From: Gammaproteobacteria bacterium
GTDB lineage: Bacteria > Pseudomonadota > Gammaproteobacteria > Ga0077536
Direction of reading: 5' to 3'
Length of the DNA stretch: 64,000 bases
Assembly (NCBI GenBank): GCA_963662545.2
Contig: CAXXLL010000002.1
Span: 1,312,001-1,376,000 of the forward strand
The notes below the pieces were generated by a model. It searched no databases and was not told where the DNA came from. It was given only the letters and a program-made list of their open reading frames with translations. Below are positions 50,279-62,160 of this stretch, piece after piece. The translations under genes and the position numbers were made by a program. How positions within the stretch are numbered: the stretch's first letter is position 1; each line of letters begins with the position of its first letter.

Positions 50279-52078
50279 ATGAGCCTTCTACTCAATCCCC
50301 GTGACATCGAATTTGTTTTGTACGAGCTGCTCGATACCGAAGCGCTGGTGCAGACCGAACGATATGCAGCCCACGACCGGGAAACCTTTAACGTAATTCT
50401 CGACGCTGCAAGCAGGTTGGCCGAGGAAAAATTTGCGCCTAACGCGGCCAAGGTCGACGCCAATGAGCCCACGTTCGACGGCAAACGCGTCCATCACATT
50501 CCCGAAATTCACGACGCTATCGCTGCCTACATAGAAAGCGGTTTCATGGGCGTGATGGCCGAGGCGGAAGCGGGCGGCATGCAACTCCCCTGGACCGTCG
50601 CGCAGGCCGCCTGTGCGTACTTTTCGTCCGCGGACATCTCGGCGAATGCCTATGCCATGCTGACCCAGACGTCGATCAATCTATTGACCGAGTTCGGATC
50701 CGAAGATCAGAAAAAGCGCTATATGGAGCCGATGATCGCGGGGCGCTTCTTCGGGACCATGTGCCTGTCGGAGCCGCAGGCCGGTTCGTCCTTGTCCGAC
50801 ATCCAAGTGCGCGCGGAACGAACGGATGGCGAGCATTTCCTGATCAGCGGGACGAAGATGTGGATCTCCGCCGGCGAACACGAACTGTCCGAAAATATCG
50901 TTCATCTCGTGCTCGCAAAGATCCCGGATGGCCCACCGGGCGTAAAGGGTATCTCACTGTTTGTCGTGCCGCGCTACCGCGTCGACGATGACGGTAGTCT
51001 CGGGGAGCGCAACAACGTCGTGCTCGGCGGGCTCAATCACAAGATGGGCTTTCGCGGTACCACGAACACGGTGCTCAACTTCGGTGAAAGCGGAGATTGC
51101 CACGGTTGGCTGGTCGGCGAAGAAAACCGCGGCCTGTTCTGCATGTTCCACATGATGAACGAGGCGCGTGTCGGTATTGGACTCGGTGCGATGACGCTCG
51201 GCTATACGGGCTACCTGCATTCCCTGCAATATGCGCGTGAGCGACCCCAGGGCAGACATCCGCGGGATAAAGATCCGACCAGCCCACAGGTACCGATCAT
51301 CCAGCACGCCGACATCAAGCGGCTCCTGATGGCGCAAAAGAGCGCCGCTGAAGGATCGCTCGCTTTGATTCTCTATTGCGCCTACCTCATCGACATCCAG
51401 CGTACCGCCGAAAACGAAGGCGAGCGCATGCGGGTCGGGCTCCTGCTGGATATCCTGACCCCGGTGGCCAAGTCGTGGCCGTCGGAGTTCTGTCTCGAGG
51501 CCAACAAACACGCCATTCAAATTCTCGGTGGCTATGGCTACACCCGCGAGTTTCCGCTGGAGCGGTTCTACCGGGACAACCGGCTGAACCCCATTCACGA
51601 AGGTACGCACGGTATCCAGGGTCTCGATCTCCTGGGGCGCAAGGTGTCCATGCAGGGCGGCGCGGCGTTTGCCACCCTGTACGAAGAATACGAAAAAACG
51701 ACAGCGGAGGCCGTCGCGTATCCCGATCTGAACGAGTATTGCGAGTCTTTCGCAGGCGCGACCCAGGCATTACGCGAGACGACTGAAACGCTGGTGGCAC
51801 TCAACGGGGAAGGGGACACGAACCGGGCGCTCGCGAACGCCACCGTCTATTTGGATACTTTCGGCCACGTCGTTCTCGGCTGGATATGGCTCCGCCAGGC
51901 CGTGGCAGCAACCCGCGCGCTGCCTTCGGCGCAGGGTCCCGACCTCGCTTTCTATCGGGGCAAACTACAAGCCTGCCGCTATTTCTATCGCTATGAGATG
52001 TCGCAGGTACCTGCGCGCTGCGCGTTTCTCGCCCGCGCCGACGATACCTGCCTCGCTACTGAGGAAGCCTGGTTCTAA
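50279..52078 (+). CDS. Long-form acyl-CoA dehydrogenase (FadE5/DmdC-like)
   Basis: GTMCLSEPQAGS, GVKGISLFVVP, MFHMMNEAR, YRDNRLNPIHEGT. Confidence 0.93.
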   Translation: MSLLLNPRDIEFVLYELLDTEALVQTERYAAHDRETFNVILDAASRLAEEKFAPNAAKVDANEPTFDGKRVHHIPEIHDAIAAYIESGFMGVMAEAEAGGMQLPWTVAQAACAYFSSADISANAYAMLTQTSINLLTEFGSEDQKKRYMEPMIAGRFFGTMCLSEPQAGSSLSDIQVRAERTDGEHFLISGTKMWISAGEHELSENIVHLVLAKIPDGPPGVKGISLFVVPRYRVDDDGSLGERNNVVLGGLNHKMGFRGTTNTVLNFGESGDCHGWLVGEENRGLFCMFHMMNEARVGIGLGAMTLGYTGYLHSLQYARERPQGRHPRDKDPTSPQVPIIQHADIKRLLMAQKSAAEGSLALILYCAYLIDIQRTAENEGERMRVGLLLDILTPVAKSWPSEFCLEANKHAIQILGGYGYTREFPLERFYRDNRLNPIHEGTHGIQGLDLLGRKVSMQGGAAFATLYEEYEKTTAEAVAYPDLNEYCESFAGATQALRETTETLVALNGEGDTNRALANATVYLDTFGHVVLGWIWLRQAVAATRALPSAQGPDLAFYRGKLQACRYFYRYEMSQVPARCAFLARADDTCLATEEAWF

Positions 52079-52185
52079 ATAGGCTTTCGACCGCGTAGCA
52101 GCCCACTTGCGGGCGAACGGATAAGATAGACTTTCCGGCGGCGAGTTATCCATAAAATTAACAAGCTAATGAGAGCGCATCGATC

Positions 52186-53811
52186 ATGATTTCCGACTCA
52201 AACATGTCCAGCTACGAGGAAGCCCGAGCCGAATTCAACTGGGATCCGCCGGAGCGTTTCAATTTCGCGCGCGACATTATCGACAAGTGGGGTGAGTCCA
52301 CGCCCTCCAAAACCGCCATCTTCTGGGTCGATGACGACGGCAACGAGAAGGCACTCACCTTTGCCGGGCTGAGCGCGCGTTCGCGCCAATTGTGCAACGC
52401 CTTGACGGCCGCCGGCGTCGAGCGCGGTGATACCATCGTGCTGATGCTGGGGCGCAACATCGAATGGTGGGAGATCCTGACCGCCTGTCTGCGCATGGGC
52501 GCTATCTGCTCACCCGGGACCACCCAGTTGTCGCCCAAGGACATCGCTTACCGGATGAACGCGGCGAACGCGGTCTGTTTCATCACCGACATGGACAACG
52601 CGGATAAACTCGAGGAAGTCGCAGATCAATGTAAAACGATGAAAGCAAGATTCCTGGTCGGTGGCGAACGGGACGGTTGGTTGAACTACGACGCGGTGGT
52701 CGAGGCCGCGTCCGCCGAATTCGAAGCCGCCGATACGGCCTTGTCCGAGGATGCTCTGTGCTATTTCACTTCCGGTACCACCGGGTACCCCAAGATGACA
52801 ATCCACTGCCACGGCTACGGCCTCGCACACACCATTACCGGAAAATACTGGCTGGACTTGAGAGCGGACGACCTGCACTGGAATATCAGCGACACCGGCT
52901 GGGCCAAGGCCGCCTACAGCAGTTTTTTCGGGCCGTGGACCATGGGCACGACCCTCTTCGTGCATCATTCGCCGGTCTTCGATCCGGTGCGGACGCTGGA
53001 TCTGCTCGCGAAGTATCCGATCACGACGATGTGCGGTGCGCCGACGATCTACCGCATGCTGGTATTGCAGGATCTCAACGCCTATAAATTTCCAAAACTG
53101 CGTCATTGTGTGGGGGCCGGCGAACCGCTCAATCCCGAGGTCATCGAGACCTGGAAGAAGGCCTTTGATATCGTCATTCGCGACGGTTATGGCCAGACCG
53201 AGACGGTGCTGGTCTGCGGCAACTACCTGTGCCTCGAACCGCGCTTTGGATCGATGGGCAAACCGAGTCCCGGGATCGAGCTCGGCATCGTCGACAACGA
53301 CGGCCAAGCGCTCGCTGCGAATGAAGAAGGAGACATCGCGATCCGGGTTAAGCCACGCCTGGCACCAGGGCTTTTCGTTGAATACCGTGGGGACGCGGCG
53401 AAGTACGACGCGTGCTTTGTCGGCGACTGGTATATCACCGGTGATCGCGGCTACGTCGACGACGATGGCTATTTCTGGTTCGTCAGCCGTGCCGACGACG
53501 TCATCCTGTCGGCGGGTTATCGTATCGGGCCGTTCGAAGTTGAAAGTGCGTTGATCGAGCATCCAGCCGTGGCCGAATCCGCGGTGGTCGCGAGCCCCGA
53601 CGAAACACGCGGCGCCGTGGTCAAGGCCTTCGTCGTTCTGGCACCGGGCTTCGAGGCGAACGACGATCTGGTCACGGTCCTGAAGAACCACGTCAAGAAA
53701 GTGACTGCCCCCTATAAATATCCGCGGAAGATCGAGTTCGTCGAGAGCCTGCCGAAGACCGTCAGCGGCAAGATCAGGCGCGTCGAATTACGTGCGCGAG
53801 AAGCCGGATAG
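52186..53811 (+). CDS. Medium-chain acyl-CoA synthetase
   Basis: YFTSGTTGYPK, DGYGQTET, GYRIGPFEVESAL, LPKTVSGKIRR. Confidence 0.95.
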   Translation: MISDSNMSSYEEARAEFNWDPPERFNFARDIIDKWGESTPSKTAIFWVDDDGNEKALTFAGLSARSRQLCNALTAAGVERGDTIVLMLGRNIEWWEILTACLRMGAICSPGTTQLSPKDIAYRMNAANAVCFITDMDNADKLEEVADQCKTMKARFLVGGERDGWLNYDAVVEAASAEFEAADTALSEDALCYFTSGTTGYPKMTIHCHGYGLAHTITGKYWLDLRADDLHWNISDTGWAKAAYSSFFGPWTMGTTLFVHHSPVFDPVRTLDLLAKYPITTMCGAPTIYRMLVLQDLNAYKFPKLRHCVGAGEPLNPEVIETWKKAFDIVIRDGYGQTETVLVCGNYLCLEPRFGSMGKPSPGIELGIVDNDGQALAANEEGDIAIRVKPRLAPGLFVEYRGDAAKYDACFVGDWYITGDRGYVDDDGYFWFVSRADDVILSAGYRIGPFEVESALIEHPAVAESAVVASPDETRGAVVKAFVVLAPGFEANDDLVTVLKNHVKKVTAPYKYPRKIEFVESLPKTVSGKIRRVELRAREAG

Positions 53812-53872
53812 ATCGCGCGCCCGACACCCGGTCGGGTGAATCCCACTCGATCGGGGTCAAGCTCCAACTCCA

Positions 53873-55270
53873 ATGACCGTGGAAACTCACTCTGCAGATG
53901 TCGCCGTGCGCCGCGCGACGATCGTCATGATCATGCTCAACTCGATCAGCACCGCCATGATGCTTTCCGCGGTCAACGTGGCCTTACCGGATATCGCACG
54001 CGACCTCGACATCGACGCCGTCGTCTTGAGTTGGATTCCGATGACCTATCTCATGGCCAGCGCGGCATTCGTCCTCGCCTTCGGGCGGTTGGCGGATATG
54101 TTCGGACGAAAACGCCTGTACCTGATCGGTACTGCCGGGGTCATCGTTACGTCAGTCGTGGCGGCCTGTGCTACGACGGGTTTTGAATTGATCGGCGGGC
54201 GCGTGCTGCAGGGCATCTGTGCCGCTATGCTGTATGCGACCAACGTTGCCATCGTCTCTTCAGTTTTTCCGCCGGCGCAGCGTGGGCAGGCGATCGGGTA
54301 TACCGTTTCCACGATTTATCTCGGCCTCGCGCTGGGTCCGGTGCTCGGCGGGTGGCTAATTGAACTTTCCAATTGGCGCGCGACCTTCCTGATTCACATT
54401 CCGCTGGCAGTCATCGTGCTCTACATTGGATTGACGCGCTTGCCCGTCGAATGGAAAGCCGAAGAACGCGGCGATTTCGATCCCTTGGGAGCCGTCTTGT
54501 ACGGCGTGGCCATCGTCGTCTTCATGGTCGGCGTATCGACCCTGCCGAACGTCTCTTCGATAGGGATGATCGTGGCGGGCATTGCAGGGATTTGGCTATT
54601 CTTCCGTCACGAACATCGCCATCCGCATCCCATCTTTGACGTCGAGTTGTTCTATTCCAATCGGGTCTTCACGATGTCCTGCCTGGCCTCGCTGGTCATG
54701 TATACGGCGACCTTCGCGAATGTCGTTCTGGTCAGTCTCTACCTTCAGTACCTGAAGGGCATCGCGCCGGGAACCACGGGTCTGATCCTCATGGCACAGC
54801 CGCTGATGATGGCGGCGGTCTCGCCGCTTGCAGGTCGGCTGTCGGATCGCTCGGAGCCACGCGTCATCGCATCGCTGGGTATGCTGGTGACGGCGATCGG
54901 GCTCGCGTCTTTCGCAACGCTCGACGAAACGAGTTCGATTACTACGGTCGTGGGCTGCTTGTTGATCACTGGATTGGGATTCAGCCTGTTCACCTCGCCT
55001 AATGCCAACGCGATCATGGGCGCGGTGGGGCGGGGTGACTACGGGCGCGCCGCCGCTGCGATGGCGGTCATGCGCGTGGTTGGGCAGATGGCCAGCATGG
55101 GGTCGGTCGCGATGGTGTTCGCCTTGTTGCTGGGGCCCGTGCGTATTACGCGGGCGCTCTATCCGGCGCTCGGCAATGCCATTGCCACGTGCTTCGCTAT
55201 AGGGGCCGTCTTTTGCGCCCTGGGGATCATTCTTTCCCTCACGCGCGGCCGCATGCACGCGCCGGCCTGA
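53873..55270 (+). CDS. MFS transporter (14-TM), paralog of 44272..45684
   Basis: VNVALP.IA, GRLADMFGRKR, Y.ATF.NVVL.SLYLQYLKG shared. Confidence 0.92.
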   Translation: MTVETHSADVAVRRATIVMIMLNSISTAMMLSAVNVALPDIARDLDIDAVVLSWIPMTYLMASAAFVLAFGRLADMFGRKRLYLIGTAGVIVTSVVAACATTGFELIGGRVLQGICAAMLYATNVAIVSSVFPPAQRGQAIGYTVSTIYLGLALGPVLGGWLIELSNWRATFLIHIPLAVIVLYIGLTRLPVEWKAEERGDFDPLGAVLYGVAIVVFMVGVSTLPNVSSIGMIVAGIAGIWLFFRHEHRHPHPIFDVELFYSNRVFTMSCLASLVMYTATFANVVLVSLYLQYLKGIAPGTTGLILMAQPLMMAAVSPLAGRLSDRSEPRVIASLGMLVTAIGLASFATLDETSSITTVVGCLLITGLGFSLFTSPNANAIMGAVGRGDYGRAAAAMAVMRVVGQMASMGSVAMVFALLLGPVRITRALYPALGNAIATCFAIGAVFCALGIILSLTRGRMHAPA

Positions 55271-55304
55271 CGTTCGTCATTTTTCAGGTCCTACGGACTC
55301 GGCT

Positions 55305-56684
55305 TTGTCGCAAGCATCGCAAATCGAACATATCGTCTGGCCGCCGGTTCTGGGCGATGCTCATTCTCAGGTCAGTGATGTCGTGGCCGCGATGGAACAA
55401 TCCAACGCCGATGACCCGGAAGTATTGCAGCGCGGGCAGCAACGTCAGCTGTCGGCACTGCTGCGCTGGTCGGCCCGCGAAGTCCCCCATTACAGACACC
55501 TCAAAGCCCTGGTTGCCAAGCTGAAGCGTCTGGATACCCGACCCGAACAGTTCTGGCAGGCCTGGCGCAACATACCGGTTCTGACCAAACCGCAACTTCG
55601 ATCGGAAGTCGAGAATTTGCTCGCCCGGCACTTGCCGGACTCCCATCAACCGATGGAAATACAGCGTACTTCGGGATCGACAGGCATCCCCGTTCAAGTC
55701 GCCTCGACACGAATAAACGAGACTGTGTGGGACGCGCTAACAATACGGGAACATCTGTGGCATCGACGGGATTTCAGTCGACGTCTCGGGGTGATTCGCT
55801 ACCGCAAGCGCCCAAAGCGTTCGCCGACCGGACATTGTTATGACTCCTGGGGTCCACCGGTCGATCGCGTTTACAAAACGGGGCCGGCGAGCGTGATTCA
55901 CATCGGTTATCCCATCGATCAGGTCGTGGACTGGCTGCAGGATTTCGACCCGCATTACCTGCTGACCCATCCGAGCATCATGGAGCCGTTGCTGGACGTC
56001 TACGATGGGCGCGGGGCAGGTCCCCGGTCGCTCGAAGAAGTCCGCTTCATAGCAGAGCCGCTTGGTTCATCGCTGGTGCAGACATTGGCGAGCCGGTGGC
56101 ATGTTCGGTGTTCGGACGTGTATTCATCGAACGAAACCGGAATCATCGCCTTCCAATGCCGCGAACGGGGCAAGCTGCACGTGCAGTCCGAGGCCGTACT
56201 GGTTGAAATAGTCGATGATCGCGGGCGTCTATGTTCGAGCGGGCAAAGCGGCCGTGTGATCATATCAATGCTGCATAATCTGGCCATGCCGATCATCCGC
56301 TATGAGATCGGCGATTATGCGACGGTCGGAGAGCCTTGCGAGTGCGGTCGGCCTCATCCCGTTATCGAGAAGGTGCTCGGACGGGTGCGCAACCTCGTCA
56401 CCACACCCAAAGGCGAACGATTCTGGCCGGTCGCACTCGGTAGAATGCGCACGGTATCCTCCATCCAGCAGGTACAATTCGTTCAGGTCGCCCTGGACCG
56501 AATCGAAGTTCGCGTACGTCTCGAGCGCCCGTTGACTTTAGCCGAAGAGAAATCCGCAATCGACATAACTCGTGACGTGCTGGGTTATCCATTCCACGTC
56601 GACATCAAACCGGTCGACGCGATAGAGCGAGGGCCATCGGGAAAATTCGAGGAATTCCTTTCGCTCGTGGACGAGCCGGATTAG
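55305..56684 (+). CDS. Phenylacetate-CoA ligase (PaaK/CapK-like) family adenylate-forming protein
   Basis: TSGSTG, YSSNETG.IAFQC, MPIIRYEIGD, GKFEEF. Confidence 0.85.
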   Translation: MSQASQIEHIVWPPVLGDAHSQVSDVVAAMEQSNADDPEVLQRGQQRQLSALLRWSAREVPHYRHLKALVAKLKRLDTRPEQFWQAWRNIPVLTKPQLRSEVENLLARHLPDSHQPMEIQRTSGSTGIPVQVASTRINETVWDALTIREHLWHRRDFSRRLGVIRYRKRPKRSPTGHCYDSWGPPVDRVYKTGPASVIHIGYPIDQVVDWLQDFDPHYLLTHPSIMEPLLDVYDGRGAGPRSLEEVRFIAEPLGSSLVQTLASRWHVRCSDVYSSNETGIIAFQCRERGKLHVQSEAVLVEIVDDRGRLCSSGQSGRVIISMLHNLAMPIIRYEIGDYATVGEPCECGRPHPVIEKVLGRVRNLVTTPKGERFWPVALGRMRTVSSIQQVQFVQVALDRIEVRVRLERPLTLAEEKSAIDITRDVLGYPFHVDIKPVDAIERGPSGKFEEFLSLVDEPD

Positions 56685-56711
56685 CTTCGGCCCGTATTTC
56701 CCTTTCCGAAC

Positions 56712-57875
56712 ATGACTAGAATTCACCGCGGCGTCCTGTTCCCGGTTTATCTGCCGGCTGTGTTCCTGGGTGTTCCGGCGCAGGCCGTCCTCATCCTTTT
56801 GCCGCTCTACGTGCTCGAACTCGGCGGTAGCGTGGCGGCAGCGTCCGCGGTCGTCGGGTTTCGTGGCGTCGGTATGATGGTGGCCGACATCCCGGCCGGC
56901 ATGCTGGCTGCGCGATTCGGGGATCGCGTCGTGATGTTATTCGCGATGATCCTCATAGGCAGCGCCTACCTCACCTATGCGCTGTTCGGGGACGTATCGT
57001 GGTTTTACCTACTTGCATTCATCAACGGCGTGGGCAGCAGCACGTTCCTGCTTGGCCGAATGTCGTACATCACCGCGGCTTGCAGTCCACGCGAACGTGG
57101 CCGCGTCATCTCGATGATCGCAGGCAGTATGCGCGGCGCGGCGCTGCTTGGACCGCTCGCCGGCGCGGCGGCCGCCGAGTTTATCGGTTTCGAAGTGACC
57201 TTTATGTGTCTTGCCGCGAGCGTTGTGCTCGGGTTTATTTGCGTTGCAACAACGGCCATCGACGATCGTTCGGCCTTGAGGAAAATGCAATGGCGCACGG
57301 TTACGGATCTCGCCTACGAGCACCGGCGTGTATTCGCCACGGCAGGAGTCGCTTCAATCGCTTTCATGTTGATGCGAGCCGCGCGCACGGTACTCATCCC
57401 TCTTATCGGTGCCGAACTTGGGCTGGCGACGACAGCCATCGGCTTAGTCGTATCGGTCTCGGCCATCGTCGACGTCGCTCTGTTCTATCCCGCGGGCATG
57501 ATCATGGATCGTCACGGACGCCGCGCGACCGCCGTCCCGAGTTCGATCCTTTTTGCTGCTTCGCTGGCCGCATTGAGTCTCGCAAATGGTTTTTACTCAC
57601 TTTTAACCGTAGCGATTGTGCTAGGCGTCGCCAACGGACTTTCCACTGGCATCGTTATGACGCTCGGGACGGATCTCGCCCCGGCGGCGTGGCGCGGAGA
57701 ATTTCTGGGCCTTTGGCGGTTGTTGACCGACCTCGGCAGCGCGACCGGGCCGCTGACGGTGAGCCTGGTGGTGAGCTTAGGCTCAATCCAGGCTGCCGCA
57801 CTGTGTGTAGGCGCGCTGGGGGCAGGGGGGAGTTTCGTGGTTTATCGATTCGTAGAGGAAACTTTGAAACGCTAG
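56712..57875 (+). CDS. MFS transporter (12-TM)
   Basis: G.LAARFGDR, G.IMDRHGRR, hydrophobic pattern. Confidence 0.9.
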   Translation: MTRIHRGVLFPVYLPAVFLGVPAQAVLILLPLYVLELGGSVAAASAVVGFRGVGMMVADIPAGMLAARFGDRVVMLFAMILIGSAYLTYALFGDVSWFYLLAFINGVGSSTFLLGRMSYITAACSPRERGRVISMIAGSMRGAALLGPLAGAAAAEFIGFEVTFMCLAASVVLGFICVATTAIDDRSALRKMQWRTVTDLAYEHRRVFATAGVASIAFMLMRAARTVLIPLIGAELGLATTAIGLVVSVSAIVDVALFYPAGMIMDRHGRRATAVPSSILFAASLAALSLANGFYSLLTVAIVLGVANGLSTGIVMTLGTDLAPAAWRGEFLGLWRLLTDLGSATGPLTVSLVVSLGSIQAAALCVGALGAGGSFVVYRFVEETLKR

Positions 57876-57994
57876 GGGACTATTGAAAAAAAAAGGTATT
57901 CCTCTAGTGTTACTAGCGCCGCATTGATCTCCTTTGGCAGGTCAGGGCGGTAAGTCCGGTGCCAGGGTCATTCTGGATCTTCCAATGAGAGTAA

Positions 57995-58073
57995 TATCGT
58001 GCGTTATGCACGGTTTCAAACAGGCGAATGCCGGTTCGGTTTCGTGCACAATGCACGCTACTTAATGTTAGGT
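57995..58073 (+). other. attI-like or degenerate attC site at the head of the cassette array
   Basis: Core GTTAGGT at 58067-58073 just before the first cassette gene; imperfect IR GCGTTATGCACG...CGTGCACAATGC; no RYYYAAC inverse core seen. Confidence 0.5.
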
Positions 58074-58083
58074 GTCTGAAGAA

Positions 58084-58739
58084 ATGAATTGGGACGCGAT
58101 TGGGGTAGTCAGTGAAGTCGTCGGCGCAATCGCCGTGGTCGTTTCAATTATCTACCTCGCTGTACAGATAAGCTCGAACACAAAAACAATGCGCGCTAAT
58201 GCTGGATTCGAGGCTACTCATTCATGGGCCAATTCCAACGAAATTTTCAGTCAATTCTCCGACGATCATTTGATGACGATCGTGCGCACCTTCGATTCAA
58301 CCGCGTCCTGGGACGATTTCTCAGAGGTAGAGCGCGTTAGGATTAGTCTGTCGTTCCGCGCCTTGTTTCAAAAACTTGAAGCGTGCGTAACTGCCGGCTC
58401 ACTGTGCTAATTTCGCTGTGCTTCATCCGATACTCCCAGATCACGAAGTCGAGAGGTAGAGAGGTAGAGCGCGTTAGGATTAGTCTGTCGTTCCGCGCCT
58501 TGTTTCAAAAACTTGAAGGTCAATATTATCTGTATCGATACAAGACCCTAGATGAAGGTATATGGAAGAATCGGGCCATGTTCTCTGCAGGACTTCTGCG
58601 AAAACCATTCTTTGCGGCTTGGTGGGAAATCGAGAAAGACCAACGGGTCTATTCGCCGGAGTTTATAGAGGCGCTTGAAGCTACACAGCCCATAGAAGTT
58701 AAGGCAAGTGTACTCGGAGGCAACGATGGCGCTGCGTAA
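58084..58739 (+). pseudogene. Cassette 1: membrane-anchored hypothetical protein (MNWDAIG family) disrupted by a duplication plus insertion
   Basis: 59-bp direct repeat 58323-58381/58460-58518 around a 78-bp insert splits it into ORFs 58072..58410 and 58383..58739. Confidence 0.8.
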
Positions 58740-58847
58740 ATTCGACTTCGACGTGCAATCTTGCTCCCGACGGGAATAAAAAAATGTTCAAGACTCCGTT
58801 AAACGCCCCGCCACCTAACAAGTGACTGTGGTTTGAAGTCAATAGAA

Positions 58848-60000
<1,153 letters not shown>

Positions 60001-60119
60001 ACAAATGGATCAACCGGACACGTTACAGCGCGCTTCTTTGGAGCAGCTACGCATTTTCGATCCAAAGAAGCGCACTGTAACGCGCCGGTTATCCTAGCGT
60101 TAGGTGGCAGTAACCGAAT

Positions 60120-60509
60120 ATGACCGAGTACGAATATTTAGACGTTATGAATTCTATGCGGGATTCTGGCGGATTCCACGCCATGAACTATATTGCCATC
60201 CTATTCGCCTATTTGATCGCGGGCTATTTCGCTGGGCACCTACTGTCGCGGTTTCAGGTCATAGCTCTTTCGGCTTTCTACTTAATTTTGTGCCCTATGC
60301 CCGGCATTGCAGCCTTCGAAGTGATTTTAGATTACGGAGCACTCGTCACTGAGTACTACAACCAGTTCAAGCCAGGTGACCGTTTGCCACTGTTTGCGCG
60401 ATACGGCGCCAACCTATGGCTGTTCGTTTTTCTTGGCACGTTAGCTCTAAGCATATATTTCATGTTTCAGGCGAGACGTTCTAAACGCGGTCGAGAAAAT
60501 GCCACTTAG
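60120..60509 (+). CDS. Cassette 2: small membrane protein
   Basis: ORF begins 15 bp after the attC1 core; FAYL.AGYF.G..LSRFQ motif. Confidence 0.8.
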   Translation: MTEYEYLDVMNSMRDSGGFHAMNYIAILFAYLIAGYFAGHLLSRFQVIALSAFYLILCPMPGIAAFEVILDYGALVTEYYNQFKPGDRLPLFARYGANLWLFVFLGTLALSIYFMFQARRSKRGRENAT

Positions 60510-60586
60510 ATTTCCAAACGAAGTGCAACTGAGCGGGAGCCGAGATATAAAGAAAATATGTCCCCGGCTTCGTTAAACGCCCCGCC

Positions 60587-60696
60587 ACCTAACAAATGGA
60601 TCAACCGGACGTGTTACAGCGGGCTCATTTGAAACGGCTTCGCATTATCGCTCCAAAGAAGCGCGCTGTAACACGCCGGTTATCCTAGCGTTAGGT
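60587..60696 (+). other. attC site 2 (110 bp)
   Basis: ACCTAAC...GGATCAACCGG.CGTGTTACAGCG...CGCTGTAACACGCCGGTTATCC...GTTAGGT. Confidence 0.92.
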
Positions 60697-60758
60697 GGCA
60701 AGCGACCGCGATTGCCACGGGCAGCGTTGACCCAGATTACCTTAGGTGACGTGAGGAA

Positions 60759-61133
60759 ATGACTGAAGCCGAGACCATCGCCTCATTGAATGACATTGCC
60801 GTCGTAGCTGGGTCATTCGTAAGTATGTGGGTTTCGTTCACATTCGCATATCTGACCGTCGCATACTTTCTCGGGAAAGTTTTGTCGCGGTTTCAATGTC
60901 TGATGATTTCAGCGGTTTATGGTGTTACTGCTGCTTATTTCGGATGCGCAGCGTTTGTGTACGTGCAAGCTTGGCACGTAGTCACGAAACTTAGTCGGGA
61001 TACTCTTTATAACAATATATGGCTGATGACTTTCGAATCTGCTTGGGTGTGGGGCGTTGCAGTTTTCTTGGTCGCGGGGACCACTGTCAGCCTCTATTTT
61101 ATGTACGACGTTCGTCGGCGCAGCAGGACATAA
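60759..61133 (+). CDS. Cassette 3: small membrane protein, homologous to cassette 2
   Basis: FAYLTVAYFLGKVLSRFQ...S.YFM; RBS GAGGA. Confidence 0.8.
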   Translation: MTEAETIASLNDIAVVAGSFVSMWVSFTFAYLTVAYFLGKVLSRFQCLMISAVYGVTAAYFGCAAFVYVQAWHVVTKLSRDTLYNNIWLMTFESAWVWGVAVFLVAGTTVSLYFMYDVRRRSRT

Positions 61134-61481
61134 CACGGCATGATGATAAATCAGCCATTGATAAGCACCGGAAGGTCTGAGCGCCTCTTAGAGTATCCAC
61201 GCAGATTTCCAAGCGAAGTGCAACTGAGCAGCCGCAGAGACATAAAGAGAAAATGTTTACGGCTTCGTTAAACGCCCCGCCACTTAGATTTCCCAGCGGC
61301 GAGTGAAGTGCAACAAACATAATGCTACGGAGTCACGCGCAAATTGCGAGACATCATGGATCACGAAGCGCGAAAAATCGCGCAGCCTATTGTTCTACCT
61401 GCAGATTTTTCGTGATCCTCTTGCAAGCTATTGAGGAGCTTATGAAAAACCTGCCGTGTTGCACTTACTTTGTGAAGTGCC

Positions 61482-62160
61482 TGAGCGGACCGGGAGAAAG
61501 GTAACAAAAGTGCCAAGGTAGATGGGTAACACTTTTGTTATCGATAATGTCGTTTTAGTCGGCCGTAAGCATCTTCGATCCGATTGTATTTTTCAATCAT
61601 TCGGCCGAGCTTAAGCGTTCCGAAATAGACGTTCCAAACACCACAGTCGATTTCCTCTAATCCTATGTACTCACCGGCACACGCGATTGAGACAGGCACA
61701 TGGGTGGAATGCCATCGGATGCCACCGTTGGCACTGACGAAGCGCTTGATGAAACGGTCAGGATATTCGAGCGGCGGGATTTTGCTAGGCATTTCTTTGG
61801 CAGAAAATTCGTAGAAGTCGGCAGGTGTGAACATGTCGAGCGCTTCATGAGGGCGTTCTTCATTGAATTCAATCTGGAACCGATTAAATCGTTTCTGTTG
61901 CGCGCGATAGTCCCCGGCCGGAGGTCGAGTCGTCTCCGCCTTTAAGGTTCGGTGCATCCGTTCGTGTCGGCCATTTTGTTGAGGCTTTCCGGGTTCGATG
62001 AGCTCGGGATAAATACCAAGCCTGATCCACCAGGCAGACAGCGTTGATAATCGACCGAGCGTGTTCGTCGCGAAGGGGACGCCGTTGTCGGTACGGATGC
62101 GTTCTGGCAGTCCGTATTCTTTGAATAAGCGGGTGAACACCGCCTTCGATGGTTCAACGG
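61482..62160 (-). mobile_element. Truncated IS481-like element (3' half of integrase-core transposase plus right end)
   Basis: GLPERIRTDNGVPF, PGKPQQNGRHERMHRTLK, FNEERPHEAL; repeated GGTAACA motifs at the end; N-terminus missing. Confidence 0.85.

Noticed and set aside
44272-55270. Paralogous MFS genes as a recent segmental duplication
   Set aside because: Clearly diverged and with different neighbours; ordinary paralogy
57876-58066. Remnant of intI upstream of the array
   Set aside because: No tyrosine-recombinase motifs recognised in either orientation
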